This document shows positions 30,240 through 39,806 of a DNA stretch of 64,000 bases, in pieces. The stretch's first letter is position 1. The number at the start of each line of letters is the position of its first letter. The notes under the pieces were generated by a model that was not told the origin of the DNA, did not search any database, and worked only from the letters and a program-made list of their open reading frames with translations. This DNA comes from Promethearchaeia archaeon (lineage in GTDB: Archaea > Asgardarchaeota > Lokiarchaeia > Sigyniarchaeales > SOKP01). The translations under genes were made by a program, and so were the position numbers. Location: NCBI GenBank assembly GCA_029856105.1, contig JAHQWH010000155.1:32001-96000 (forward strand), written 5' to 3'.

Positions 30240-31913
30240 TTAAATTGCTAACGGAGGTTCCCAAATACCCCATATTTCTCTGTAAATATCACATATTTCA
30301 CCTATTGTTGCCCCTTCTTTTGTAGCTTCCATTATTATAGGCATCACATTTTCTTCTTTTTCGCAGACACTTCTTAGTTTGTCTAAAATCCTCTCTAACT
30401 TGGCGTTGTCTCTCCGTGCTTTTAACTTGTTAATCCGAGCAACTTCAATATCTATGGCTTTTTGCGATGTTCTAAAGACATCTGTGACTGTGTCGTATGG
30501 AACTTGATATTTATTGATACCTAACATGATTTCTTCCCCTTTTTCAATGCGTACCCTTCTCTTATGGAACGCGTCTCTCATTTCTTTGTAGAGCCAACCC
30601 GTAGATAAAGCTTTATCTATGGAACCAACCTTTTGAATTTTGTCCATATATTTCCATACTCTTTCTTCAACCTCATCAGTTAACCACTCCACATAATAAC
30701 TCCCTGCTAATGGATCTATTGTGTTAGTTATTCTAGTTTCATCTGCGATTACTTGTTGAGTTCTTAACGCAACTAATGCCGCTTCTTCTGAAGGCAGGCA
30801 TATAGCTTCGTCGTAGGAATTTGTATGGAGCGATTGACAGCCACCTATGTTAGCTTCTAAGCCTTGAATTGCTGTACGAACGATATTAATCAGAGGTAAT
30901 TGCGCCGTTAAAGAGCTTCCAGCGGTCTGGACATGAAAGCGGAAGCCAAAATTCTTTGGGTCTTTTGCTTCATATTTATCTTTCATCAATTTATACCATA
31001 TTCTTCTCGCTGCTCGATATTTAGCTATCTCTTCAAAAAAATCCTTGTGTGCAGCTAAATGAAAGGCTAATCTACCCACAAAATCATCAATCTTCCATCC
31101 CCGCTCAATTAAATTATCAATATGGGAACAAGCACTTGCAAATACGAACCCAAGCTCCTGAACGGCATCTATGCCCCCTTCGCGGTAATTATAACCCGTG
31201 AAATTAATTGGATGCCATTTAGGAACATTCTTTTGAGCTACTGTCCATTCAATAAAATCACATGCTATTCGTAATAAGTGGTTTGGTGGAGAGTTTTTAT
31301 AAGGGATATAGCCAACTGTCATCGTTAGAATATCATTTTGTGTCGTACCCATTAAATCTTTTATGTCATATCCGCGCATTTTTGCCATGTTAAAATACAT
31401 TGCACACACAGGAGCACAAGTAAAGGGTTCAACAACTAAAGCTACGCTAATTTTATCTATGGGTATGTCTTCTGTAAGCGCAAAAAGGCTGTCAATGCAG
31501 TAAAGCGGAACACCAGATGTACCAACCTCTGGTGCAGCATCGGAGTTTGTAGGGTCAATTCCGTTAAAAGTAAGCGCATCAACGGCAGCACTGAACCCTG
31601 TTTCACCATTCTCGTACAAATATTTCCATCGTAGATTAGTCTCTTCTGGAGTTCCATGGCCTGAGAATAACCTCATAGTCCATAATTTTCCGCGATACAT
31701 GGTAGGATAAACTCCTCTTGTATAAGGTTCTTGTCCAGGAAAGTTAATTTTATCTAAATAATCTCCTTTTACATCTAATGGAGTGTACAGCTTTTTTATT
31801 GGAATCTCAGAGTCGGTTACGAATTTGACATCGCGTTCTTTTGACTCTTTTATTTTTTCTTCCCATTTTTCTTTTTCTAATCTAATTTTTTCTAAATAAT
31901 CTTTATCAAACAT
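30240..31913 (-). CDS. B12-dependent acyl-CoA mutase large subunit (MCM/ICM family)
   Basis: PYTRGVYPTMYRG, QNDIL, FFEEIAKYRAARR, SLHTNSYDEA; ATG at 31913. Confidence 0.95.
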   Translation of the reverse strand: MFDKDYLEKIRLEKEKWEEKIKESKERDVKFVTDSEIPIKKLYTPLDVKGDYLDKINFPGQEPYTRGVYPTMYRGKLWTMRLFSGHGTPEETNLRWKYLYENGETGFSAAVDALTFNGIDPTNSDAAPEVGTSGVPLYCIDSLFALTEDIPIDKISVALVVEPFTCAPVCAMYFNMAKMRGYDIKDLMGTTQNDILTMTVGYIPYKNSPPNHLLRIACDFIEWTVAQKNVPKWHPINFTGYNYREGGIDAVQELGFVFASACSHIDNLIERGWKIDDFVGRLAFHLAAHKDFFEEIAKYRAARRIWYKLMKDKYEAKDPKNFGFRFHVQTAGSSLTAQLPLINIVRTAIQGLEANIGGCQSLHTNSYDEAICLPSEEAALVALRTQQVIADETRITNTIDPLAGSYYVEWLTDEVEERVWKYMDKIQKVGSIDKALSTGWLYKEMRDAFHKRRVRIEKGEEIMLGINKYQVPYDTVTDVFRTSQKAIDIEVARINKLKARRDNAKLERILDKLRSVCEKEENVMPIIMEATKEGATIGEICDIYREIWGIWEPPLAI

Positions 31914-31958
31914 ATTTAAAATCACGTTTTATTTAGCTATGTAATGTTAAACTTTCAT

Positions 31959-32111
31959 TCAATTTAAAATTTGAAAAAAATCAGTAGAAGAAGCAATTTT
32001 TAAACAGTGTTTTAATTTAACATCTTTAATAATGATTCCACTAGAGATTGAAACTGCAAACGCATCCATTGCCAGAGCAATTGCGATTAAAACTAATAAA
32101 ATAAAATCCAT
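31959..32111 (-). pseudogene. mntP: Truncated MntP/YebN manganese efflux pump fragment
   Basis: MDFILLVLIAIALAMDAFAVSISSG...FFQILN*; only the first 50 aa are present. Confidence 0.78.
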
Positions 32112-32226
32112 AATTTAATTTAGGCTAGAAATTTTTTTTAATCTACTTTATGTGTAAAGTATTAAATTAAATTCTTTTAATAAATTCTATCTAATCAGAA
32201 TAGAACAAGTATTTTGTGAGAAATAA

Positions 32227-33240
32227 ATGACTTTTCAAAATAATGATACGAATAAAATTAGACAAGAACTAGAATTGGGGAAGATACCTATTGCAATTAA
32301 AGTTTCTAATCTTGTTAAAAGATTTGAGGATCTTATCGCTGTAAATGATGTTTCTTTCGAGATTTTTGAAGGAGAAATCGTAGGGATTCTTGGTCCTAAT
32401 GGTGCTGGTAAAACTACCACTATTCGATTATTAACGGGTATTTTTAAATTAGAAGACAAGGCAAGCATTGAAATTTTTAACGAAGATATAACGAAAAATC
32501 TAAATAAATACAAAATAAATTTTGGAATTGTGCCAGAAGTTAGTAATGCTTTTTCTGATTTTACTGTATTGCAAAATCTTAAGTTTGCAGGTGGTATATA
32601 TGGTTTTCCGAAGAAAAAGATTGAAAAGCGCTCAAAAGAACTGCTAGAACAATTTGACTTGATCGATAAAATGCATTCCAAAACAAAAACGCTATCAAAA
32701 GGGCTTAAGCAGCGTCTTAATTTTTGTTTAGCGTTATTTCATAAACCACCTATCCTAATTCTAGACGAACCTACAAGTGGATTAGATCCAATCTCCGTAA
32801 AAATAATGAGAAACCGAATTCTTCAATTGAAAAAGGATGGTAAAACGATTTTAATAACTACTCACAACATGGAAGAAGCACAAACCATTTGCGATAGAAT
32901 TTTAATTATGAATAGAGGAAAGATTATTGCTGATGAAAGTCCTGATAATATTCGTGAACGATTTAGATCTACATCTACGATCCTATTTAAAATTGATGGA
33001 GTTTTATCTAACGATCAAAAAACTTCCTTGATGGATACCTTTGATAGTATTAAGGAAATAAATGAATATTACTCCATATCTAGCTACGCCGTTTTAAAAG
33101 ATATATCTAAGTTATATAATTATTCAAAAGAAAATAATTTAGAGATTTCTGATTTTAAAGTGAAAGAAACATCGTTAGAAGAAGTGTTTATCCATCTAAT
33201 AAAAGAAGATTCAATTTCTATGGGAGGATTAGAAAAATGA
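32227..33240 (+). CDS. ABC transporter ATP-binding protein
   Basis: GPNGAGKTT, LSKG, LDEPTSGLD, TTH. Confidence 0.95.
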   Translation: MTFQNNDTNKIRQELELGKIPIAIKVSNLVKRFEDLIAVNDVSFEIFEGEIVGILGPNGAGKTTTIRLLTGIFKLEDKASIEIFNEDITKNLNKYKINFGIVPEVSNAFSDFTVLQNLKFAGGIYGFPKKKIEKRSKELLEQFDLIDKMHSKTKTLSKGLKQRLNFCLALFHKPPILILDEPTSGLDPISVKIMRNRILQLKKDGKTILITTHNMEEAQTICDRILIMNRGKIIADESPDNIRERFRSTSTILFKIDGVLSNDQKTSLMDTFDSIKEINEYYSISSYAVLKDISKLYNYSKENNLEISDFKVKETSLEEVFIHLIKEDSISMGGLEK

Positions 33241-34022
33241 TAAACGATAGTTTAAATAGAATTTGGATACTAAGTAAGAAAAACATCTCGCTCTACATAA
33301 AAAGAGGTCCCGTTTTAATTTTTGGCTTGTTATTTCCTTTCTTTATGACGCTTTCTTGGGCTATTGGTAGAGCCATCCCTATCAACCATGTATTTATTGG
33401 AATTGTATCTATGACTTCTTTCTTCACCGCAACAGCAATCAGTCCTGTTGTATTACCAATTGAAACTCGTGAAAAATCGTTAGAAAGAATTTTAGTCTCT
33501 CCGATTTCATTAAACGAAATTTTATTAGGGATTGTCATCGCTTCGACTCTATACACATTAATAATTACATCGATAATAACCATTATCTTTATCCTATTGT
33601 TTTCAATTGTGTTTGATTCAATTGCAACGATCCTTTTAATGTTTTTAGGGATTTGTTTAATGTCAATCTTAGGATCTCTATTGGGGGTATTAGTTGCAGC
33701 ATATCCAACAGATATGACTTCTAACGTGATGATTATTATGAATCTTATTAAGTTCCCTTTACTATTTATGAGCGGCATATTTATTCCTCTTCATGGTTTG
33801 CCCCCTCTTTTATTATTTTTATCCTTTATTTCACCAATAACCTTTCTAACGGACTTATTAAGATTTTGCGTAGATGGAAGCAATTTCTTTGCGTATCAAT
33901 TTGATATCGTCTTGTTAACCTTGTGGGTTGTTGTATTATTTATTTTAGGTTATTTTCTACATAAAAAAACAATGCCAAAAAGGTTAGCAGAAACAAAAAA
34001 AATAAAAATCAAAAAAAAATGA
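33237..34022 (+). CDS. ABC-2 type permease
   Basis: Six TMs, ERILVSPIS, FMSGIFIP; overlaps the ATPase stop (ATGA). Confidence 0.92.
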   Translation: MINDSLNRIWILSKKNISLYIKRGPVLIFGLLFPFFMTLSWAIGRAIPINHVFIGIVSMTSFFTATAISPVVLPIETREKSLERILVSPISLNEILLGIVIASTLYTLIITSIITIIFILLFSIVFDSIATILLMFLGICLMSILGSLLGVLVAAYPTDMTSNVMIIMNLIKFPLLFMSGIFIPLHGLPPLLLFLSFISPITFLTDLLRFCVDGSNFFAYQFDIVLLTLWVVVLFILGYFLHKKTMPKRLAETKKIKIKKK

Positions 34023-34051
34023 ACACATAAAATGAAAGTGTTGTCTAAAAA

Positions 34052-34350
34052 ATGAAAGATTTTCTGTCAGATTTAGAATTTTTGTCAGGTGAACCTCTGT
34101 TAAAGACGATTATTAAATCAAAAATGTTTAATATTAATCGCGTCTGCTTAGAAACAGGATTGGAAATAGAACCACACCCAGAACCTTACGCTGTATTTTT
34201 TTTATGTTAGAAGGCTCTGGAATATTTACAAGTGAAGCTGGAGAGGTCCCCCTTAAAAAAAATGGCTTTGTATTTATTAAAGCAGACGAAATAAGAGGGA
34301 TCAAAACTCTTGAAAACTTGGTGTTTTTAGCTGTGCAGGATGGGCACTGA
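34052..34350 (+). pseudogene. Cupin-domain gene interrupted by a one-base frameshift in a T8 run
   Basis: Frame 0 MKDF...GLEIEPHPEPYAVFF continues in the -1 frame as MLEGSGIF...IKADEIRGIKTLENLVFLAVQDGH* (99 aa when joined). Confidence 0.8.
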
Positions 34351-34508
34351 AACACCTTTTTTTTATTTATTAAATTTCCAAGTAATTTTGTTCATAGTAA
34401 TTTTAGAGCATATTTTAATCAGATTAGATCTTAAAATCATTGAAATTAGTAATAATAAACCTCAATATGAAGTAAACATATATAGTTAAAAAAACAAAGT
34501 TATTATAT

Positions 34509-34901
34509 ATGCATAAGGAAGAAATTGAGCTTTTTCTAAAACGAGCTAGAAATTTTTTGGATGGAGCTAAAGAGAGATTTCAGAAAGAAGATTGGGATTT
34601 AACTTGTTTCATGGCAGAGCAATCTGTTCAACTTTTTATAAAAGCTATAATTCTAGAAAAAAGTGGTGAAGTTCCCAAAACACATTCAATCAGGAAGTTA
34701 TTTGGATTATTGTATCAATTGACTAAAGATAAGGTATTCAAATACGATAGAAAAACCTTAATATTTCTCGAAAGTGCATATTTAAACTCTAGATATTTTA
34801 GCTTTGTTTATGAGAAAGAAGATGCTAAAGAAGCCTTAAAAATTGCAGTAGAGGTAAAAGATCTTGTCGAAAATGTTAGAGATGATGATAGAGACGAATG
34901 A
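34509..34901 (+). CDS. HEPN domain protein
   Basis: CFMAEQSVQL..KA, PKTHSI, YLNSRY. Confidence 0.9.
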   Translation: MHKEEIELFLKRARNFLDGAKERFQKEDWDLTCFMAEQSVQLFIKAIILEKSGEVPKTHSIRKLFGLLYQLTKDKVFKYDRKTLIFLESAYLNSRYFSFVYEKEDAKEALKIAVEVKDLVENVRDDDRDE

Positions 34902-35217
34902 TATGATTAAAAATAACAAAAAATATTTAAAAAAAATTGAAAGCAGTATAAAGACTATCTTAAATGATACTCAAATTTATTTATTTGGGAGTATACTTAG
35001 AGGTGATCTAGTTGCGGGGAGTGATATAGATATATTGATAATTGCAGATGTCCCTAAAAAGCACTTGAAACGAGCAGAAATAATCGCAGAGATTGAAGAA
35101 AATGCCGGATTACCGCTTAGTCACCCGTTTGAATTCCATTTATTAACTCAAGAAGAACTAAATACATGGATTAGAATTTATAAGTTTAAGTTTGAGAAAA
35201 TATCATCATATCTATAA
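34864..35217 (+). CDS. Minimal nucleotidyltransferase (MNT)
   Basis: YLFGS..RG....SDIDILI; overlaps the HEPN gene. Confidence 0.9.
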   Translation: MSKMLEMMIETNDMIKNNKKYLKKIESSIKTILNDTQIYLFGSILRGDLVAGSDIDILIIADVPKKHLKRAEIIAEIEENAGLPLSHPFEFHLLTQEELNTWIRIYKFKFEKISSYL

Positions 35218-35499
35218 AATTAGAAAATAATCCATAGAAAATGTTAAGCTCTACTAAAGGAAAAAGGCTAAAAACACTTTTTTAGCTGTGCAAGACGGAC
35301 ACTAAAACACTTTTTCATTTATTAAATTTCCAAGTATTTAAAATATGTTTTTAAAAATTAAATTTCATCTCAAATTTAGATTAAAATAGTTGTAGAAGTA
35401 ACCTCGCATTAATATTTGATAATTTTGTTTATAATTTATTGATAAATCGCCCAAAAACCCAAATTTTTATCATATGATTTAAATTATAATAATCAAATC

Positions 35500-36267
35500 A
35501 TGGCAGACTATAAATTCTGGTTGACTAAAATCGAAGATGGAATCTTTTGGCTCTATCTTAATAACCCAGACAAAAAAAACGCATTTGATCTTAAGGTCGC
35601 TAGTGAATTGGACCAAATATTAGAAGAAGAGATAAAGCAAAATTTAAGCGTAATTCGCGTATTAGTATGCACTACTTCTATGGACGATATTTTTACCGTA
35701 GGGCTTGATATTAAATGGCTCGTAACTCTGGACGAATCTAAAGCAAAAGATATGACAAGGAAGTTACAGAAAATTTTTAGTAAGTTTGAAAGCATTTCAA
35801 TCCCCGTTATAATGGCTATAAAGGGTTTGAACCTTACGGCGGGATTTGAACTTATGTTGTGCGCAGACATTATCATTGCTGCCGATAACGCAAGATTTGG
35901 GCAAGTTGAGACAAAATGGGGTATGACACCTGCTGCTGGAGCAACTCAAAGATTAATTCGATTAGTAGGACCTCTAAAAGCAAGAGAGATTATATACACT
36001 TCGAGGATCTTCGACGCTCAAGAAGCTTTGAAAATGGGTTTAGTAAATGAAGTTGTCCCGTTGATGGAGCTTGAGAATCGAGTTAAAGAAATGGCAGGAT
36101 TGATGATTAAAAATTCAAGTAGAGCAATTGCTTTATGCAAGCGATTGATTCAAGATGGGATATATAACAACGAACATGGGTTTCAAATGGAAGGAGAAGC
36201 TTTTCACGAGCTTTTTGCTTCTGGAGAACCTAAAAAAAAATTAAAGTTATTCTTAGAAAAAAAATAA
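35500..36267 (+). CDS. Enoyl-CoA hydratase/isomerase
   Basis: NPDKKNAF, GFELMLCAD, FGQVE, GATQRL. Confidence 0.93.
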   Translation: MADYKFWLTKIEDGIFWLYLNNPDKKNAFDLKVASELDQILEEEIKQNLSVIRVLVCTTSMDDIFTVGLDIKWLVTLDESKAKDMTRKLQKIFSKFESISIPVIMAIKGLNLTAGFELMLCADIIIAADNARFGQVETKWGMTPAAGATQRLIRLVGPLKAREIIYTSRIFDAQEALKMGLVNEVVPLMELENRVKEMAGLMIKNSSRAIALCKRLIQDGIYNNEHGFQMEGEAFHELFASGEPKKKLKLFLEKK

Positions 36268-36388
36268 GACTATTATATCATTTGATCTACTAAATTTAAT
36301 TAGGATTATTTACTAAAATATATAATCGATTAAGAGAGTATAAGTTAAAGTAATAAAATACGAAATAAATAAATTGTAGAGGATTTAT

Positions 36389-37540
36389 ATGGATTTTTCA
36401 TTAACTGAAAAGCAAAAAATGATCAAAAAAATAACTCGTGAATTTGCGGAAGAATATATTGCTCCAGTGGCACAAGAGAGCGATCAAAAAGCTGAATTGG
36501 ACAAAAATGTTCTTAAAAAGATGAGTGAATTGAAATATTTTGGTACATGTATTCCAGAAGAGTATGGGGGTGCTGGATTGCATAACGATACTATAAGTTT
36601 TGCGATTATAACTGAAGAGATAGGACGAGTTGATGCGTCTTGGGCCATAACTACGGGCGTTCACGCGAGTGTGTGTGCTTATCCTATTTATAGGTTTGGA
36701 ACTGAAGAACAAAAGCAAAAATTTCTAATTGACCTTGCGAAAGGTAATAAGATCGGTGCTTTTGCTTTAACCGAAGCGAATGCAGGTTCTGATGCTGGAG
36801 GTGTTCAGCTAACTGCAGAGAAAGATGGAAATGAATATATACTAAACGGTAGTAAAATTTTTCAGACGAATGGCGGTATTGCAAAAACATTACTAGTTGT
36901 TGCAAGGACAGGTGGAAAAGATACCAGAAAACAATTAACTGTCTTTATAGTAGATGCCGATACACCAGGGTATTCAGTGGGTGTGAGAGAAGATAAATTA
37001 GGAGTTAGAGCATCTAACACTTCAGAGTTAGTGTTTCAAGACGTTAGAGTTCCCGAAGAAAATATATTAGGCGGACTTGGGAATGGATTTAGGATTGGCC
37101 TTCAAATCTTAGATTACGGTAGAATTAGCATAGCTTCTCAATGCGTAGGGCTAGGTCAAGCGTGTTTAGAAGCAGCCATTAAATACGCCAACGAGCGGGA
37201 ACAATTTGGACAAAAAATATCTCGTTTCCAAGGAATTCAGTGGAAAATTGCTGATATGACAACTGCTATAGAATCAGCCCGGTTATTGACTTATAGAGCT
37301 GCGTGGATGTGCGATCAAGGAATGGATTATGGTTTGTCTGGATCTATGGCTAAGCTTGTAGCTTCTGAAGCTGCGATGATGGCAGCTCACCAGGCTGTTC
37401 AAATCCACGGCGGTTATGGTTTAATGAAAGCTTATGCTGTTGAAAGATATTTTCGGGACGCAAAGATGGGAGAAATCTATGAGGGTACATCAGAGATACA
37501 AAGATTGGTTATCGCTAATCATATGTTAAGAAAAAAATAA
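36389..37540 (+). CDS. Acyl-CoA dehydrogenase (butyryl-CoA DH-like)
   Basis: FALTEANAGSD, LNGSKIF, REQFG, IYEGTSEIQ. Confidence 0.96.
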   Translation: MDFSLTEKQKMIKKITREFAEEYIAPVAQESDQKAELDKNVLKKMSELKYFGTCIPEEYGGAGLHNDTISFAIITEEIGRVDASWAITTGVHASVCAYPIYRFGTEEQKQKFLIDLAKGNKIGAFALTEANAGSDAGGVQLTAEKDGNEYILNGSKIFQTNGGIAKTLLVVARTGGKDTRKQLTVFIVDADTPGYSVGVREDKLGVRASNTSELVFQDVRVPEENILGGLGNGFRIGLQILDYGRISIASQCVGLGQACLEAAIKYANEREQFGQKISRFQGIQWKIADMTTAIESARLLTYRAAWMCDQGMDYGLSGSMAKLVASEAAMMAAHQAVQIHGGYGLMKAYAVERYFRDAKMGEIYEGTSEIQRLVIANHMLRKK

Positions 37541-37741
37541 TTAATTTTTTCAATTTTCTAATTTTTTGATATTATATAGAGATTCTATTTTTAATTATTT
37601 TAGGTTTATTTCAAATAAGCTTAAAATAATCTATAACTATGATAAATTTAATAAGATTTTATAATGGCTTTTAATAATTTGATATAACATAATGACGATT
37701 TAATTCTATCTTTCTACATTAAAAAATGGATATTTGAAACC

Positions 37742-38551
37742 ATGAAAATATTTGTTTGTATTAAGCAAGTACCGGGTATTTCTGAGGTCAAAATAGACCC
37801 AAAAACCAATACATTAGTAAGAGAAGGAATACCTTCAATTATTAATCCACACGATAAGCATGCGATCGAATTAGGGCTTTCAATTAAGGAAGGGTACGGT
37901 GGTGAAGTGATCGCAATAAGCATGGGACCTCCCCAGACAGAGCAAGCTTTACGAGAGGTTTTATCAATGGGCGTAGATAAAGCGTACCTTTTAACTGATA
38001 GAGCTTTTGCTGGGGCAGATACGTTAGCTACATCGCACACGCTAGCCTTAGCGATTAAAAAAATATTGAGAGAAGTAGATAAAGGCGAAAAATACATTGT
38101 GATCTGTGGAACTCAAGCAATTGATGGAGACACTGCTCAAGTAGGACCAGAATTAGCAGAAGAGTTAGGAATCCCTCAAATAACATATGTATTGAAGTTT
38201 CAATTAAAAGACGAGGATCTCGTTGTTGTAGAGCGGGTGTTTAGAACTGAAGAGGTAGTTGTTATTGAAACAAAATTACCAGTATTAATTTCTGTATTAA
38301 AAAATATAAATAAGCCACGAACTCCAAGTATGGGAGGAATTGTAAAAGCTTATCAGGAAAAGGAAGTTCAATTTTTAAATTCTGAAGATTTAGGCGCTAA
38401 TAAGGCAGATATAGGATTAAACGGGTCGATGACGGAAGTTTGGAAAATATTTATTCCGCAAAGAAAAGGAGAGCATCTCATATTGGACGGCACTATAGAA
38501 GAAATGGTTTCTGAATTAGTTAATAATCTAAAAGACGATAAAGTTTTATGA
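37742..38551 (+). CDS. etfB: Electron transfer flavoprotein beta subunit
   Basis: VCIKQVP, AGADTLATS, QAIDGDTAQVG. Confidence 0.95.
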   Translation: MKIFVCIKQVPGISEVKIDPKTNTLVREGIPSIINPHDKHAIELGLSIKEGYGGEVIAISMGPPQTEQALREVLSMGVDKAYLLTDRAFAGADTLATSHTLALAIKKILREVDKGEKYIVICGTQAIDGDTAQVGPELAEELGIPQITYVLKFQLKDEDLVVVERVFRTEEVVVIETKLPVLISVLKNINKPRTPSMGGIVKAYQEKEVQFLNSEDLGANKADIGLNGSMTEVWKIFIPQRKGEHLILDGTIEEMVSELVNNLKDDKVL

Positions 38552-38565
38552 AGGGAGGTTTGAAG

Positions 38566-39759
38566 ATGAGTATTATTGTGGATACTGATTTATGTGAAGG
38601 CTGTGGTGTTTGTTTAACTTCATGTCCTTATGGAGGCGTTGAAATTATCGATGACATTGCTGTTTTTACTGAAGACTGTAATTTATGTGGGGCGTGTATA
38701 GAATCATGCCCTGTAGATGCCATTACATTGGTACGGGCAGAAGGAATGGAAAAGGTGGATAAAACACAGTATAAAGGAGTTTGGATAATAGCAGAACATT
38801 ATAAAAACGAAATTCATAAAGTTGCGTTTCAGCTCTTGGGAAAGGGGCGAGAGTTATCAAACACATTAAATGTGAATTTAACTCTTGTCATATTAGGAGA
38901 TAAATTTGATGATAAATTGGAAGAGATTGGTGAATACGGTGCGGACGAAGTTATATACGTTAAATCTGCTATATTAAAAGACTATTATTCGGACTTGTAT
39001 GTAAACTCATTAACTGATTTAATTACCAAATATAAGCCGGAGATTATATTAATAGGAGCTACTCCAACAGGAAGAGATTTTGCTCCAAGAGTTGCCAAGC
39101 GATTGAATGCCGGATTGACAGCAGATTGTACGGGGTTAGATATCGAAGAGGAAACGGGTAATTTGATGCAAACAAGACCTACTTTTGGGGGTAATATCAT
39201 GGCTACAATTCGTACTCCTATGAGTAGGCCACAAATGGCAACCGTGAGACCTGGTATTTTTAAAGCTGATAAAACAGCTAAAAAGAAAGTAAGAATTATT
39301 AAAATCGAAAAAGAATTTAAAGAAAAAGATACAGTAACTAAAATCATAAAGATCATAGCCAAACAAAAGGAGAACATCAATCTAGAAGACGCTGAAATAA
39401 TTGTTGCTGGAGGCAGAGGCGTTGGTTCAATGGAAGGTTTTAAAATTATTGAAGAATTGGCTAAGGTCTTAGGAGCAGAACTGGGAGGCTCAAGAGTCAC
39501 AGTAGAACTAAATTGGTTAGGAGAGAATAGACAAGTTGGGCAAACTGGGAAAACTGTTTCTCCAAAACTCTATATCGCATGCGGAATTTCGGGAGCGATC
39601 CAACATTTAGTTGGTATGCAAAATTCAGAAATTATCGTTGCAATTAACAAAGATCCACATGCTCCGATTTTCCAAGTAGCTCACTATGGTATCGTTGGCG
39701 ATCTACATAAAGTAGCACCTGCATTGATTGAAGAACTTAAAAAAACTAAGCTTGAGTAA
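38566..39759 (+). CDS. etfA: Electron transfer flavoprotein alpha subunit with N-terminal 2x[4Fe-4S] domain
   Basis: Two CxxCxxCxxxCP motifs, GLTADCT, QVGQTG, GISGAIQH; ATG at 38566 after GGAGG. Confidence 0.95.
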   Translation: MSIIVDTDLCEGCGVCLTSCPYGGVEIIDDIAVFTEDCNLCGACIESCPVDAITLVRAEGMEKVDKTQYKGVWIIAEHYKNEIHKVAFQLLGKGRELSNTLNVNLTLVILGDKFDDKLEEIGEYGADEVIYVKSAILKDYYSDLYVNSLTDLITKYKPEIILIGATPTGRDFAPRVAKRLNAGLTADCTGLDIEEETGNLMQTRPTFGGNIMATIRTPMSRPQMATVRPGIFKADKTAKKKVRIIKIEKEFKEKDTVTKIIKIIAKQKENINLEDAEIIVAGGRGVGSMEGFKIIEELAKVLGAELGGSRVTVELNWLGENRQVGQTGKTVSPKLYIACGISGAIQHLVGMQNSEIIVAINKDPHAPIFQVAHYGIVGDLHKVAPALIEELKKTKLE

Positions 39760-39806
39760 AATTATAAAAAATTAAAAATAAAAATAAAAATAAAATATTT
39801 TCGTTT

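Larger units (their letters stand above)
34324..35336. mobile_element. Small cassette (HEPN-MNT) bounded by about 60-bp direct repeats (34324-34384, 35279-35336)
   Basis: Both repeats encode FLAVQDGH* followed by ...ATTTATTAAATTTCCAAGTA. No integrase present. Confidence 0.55.
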
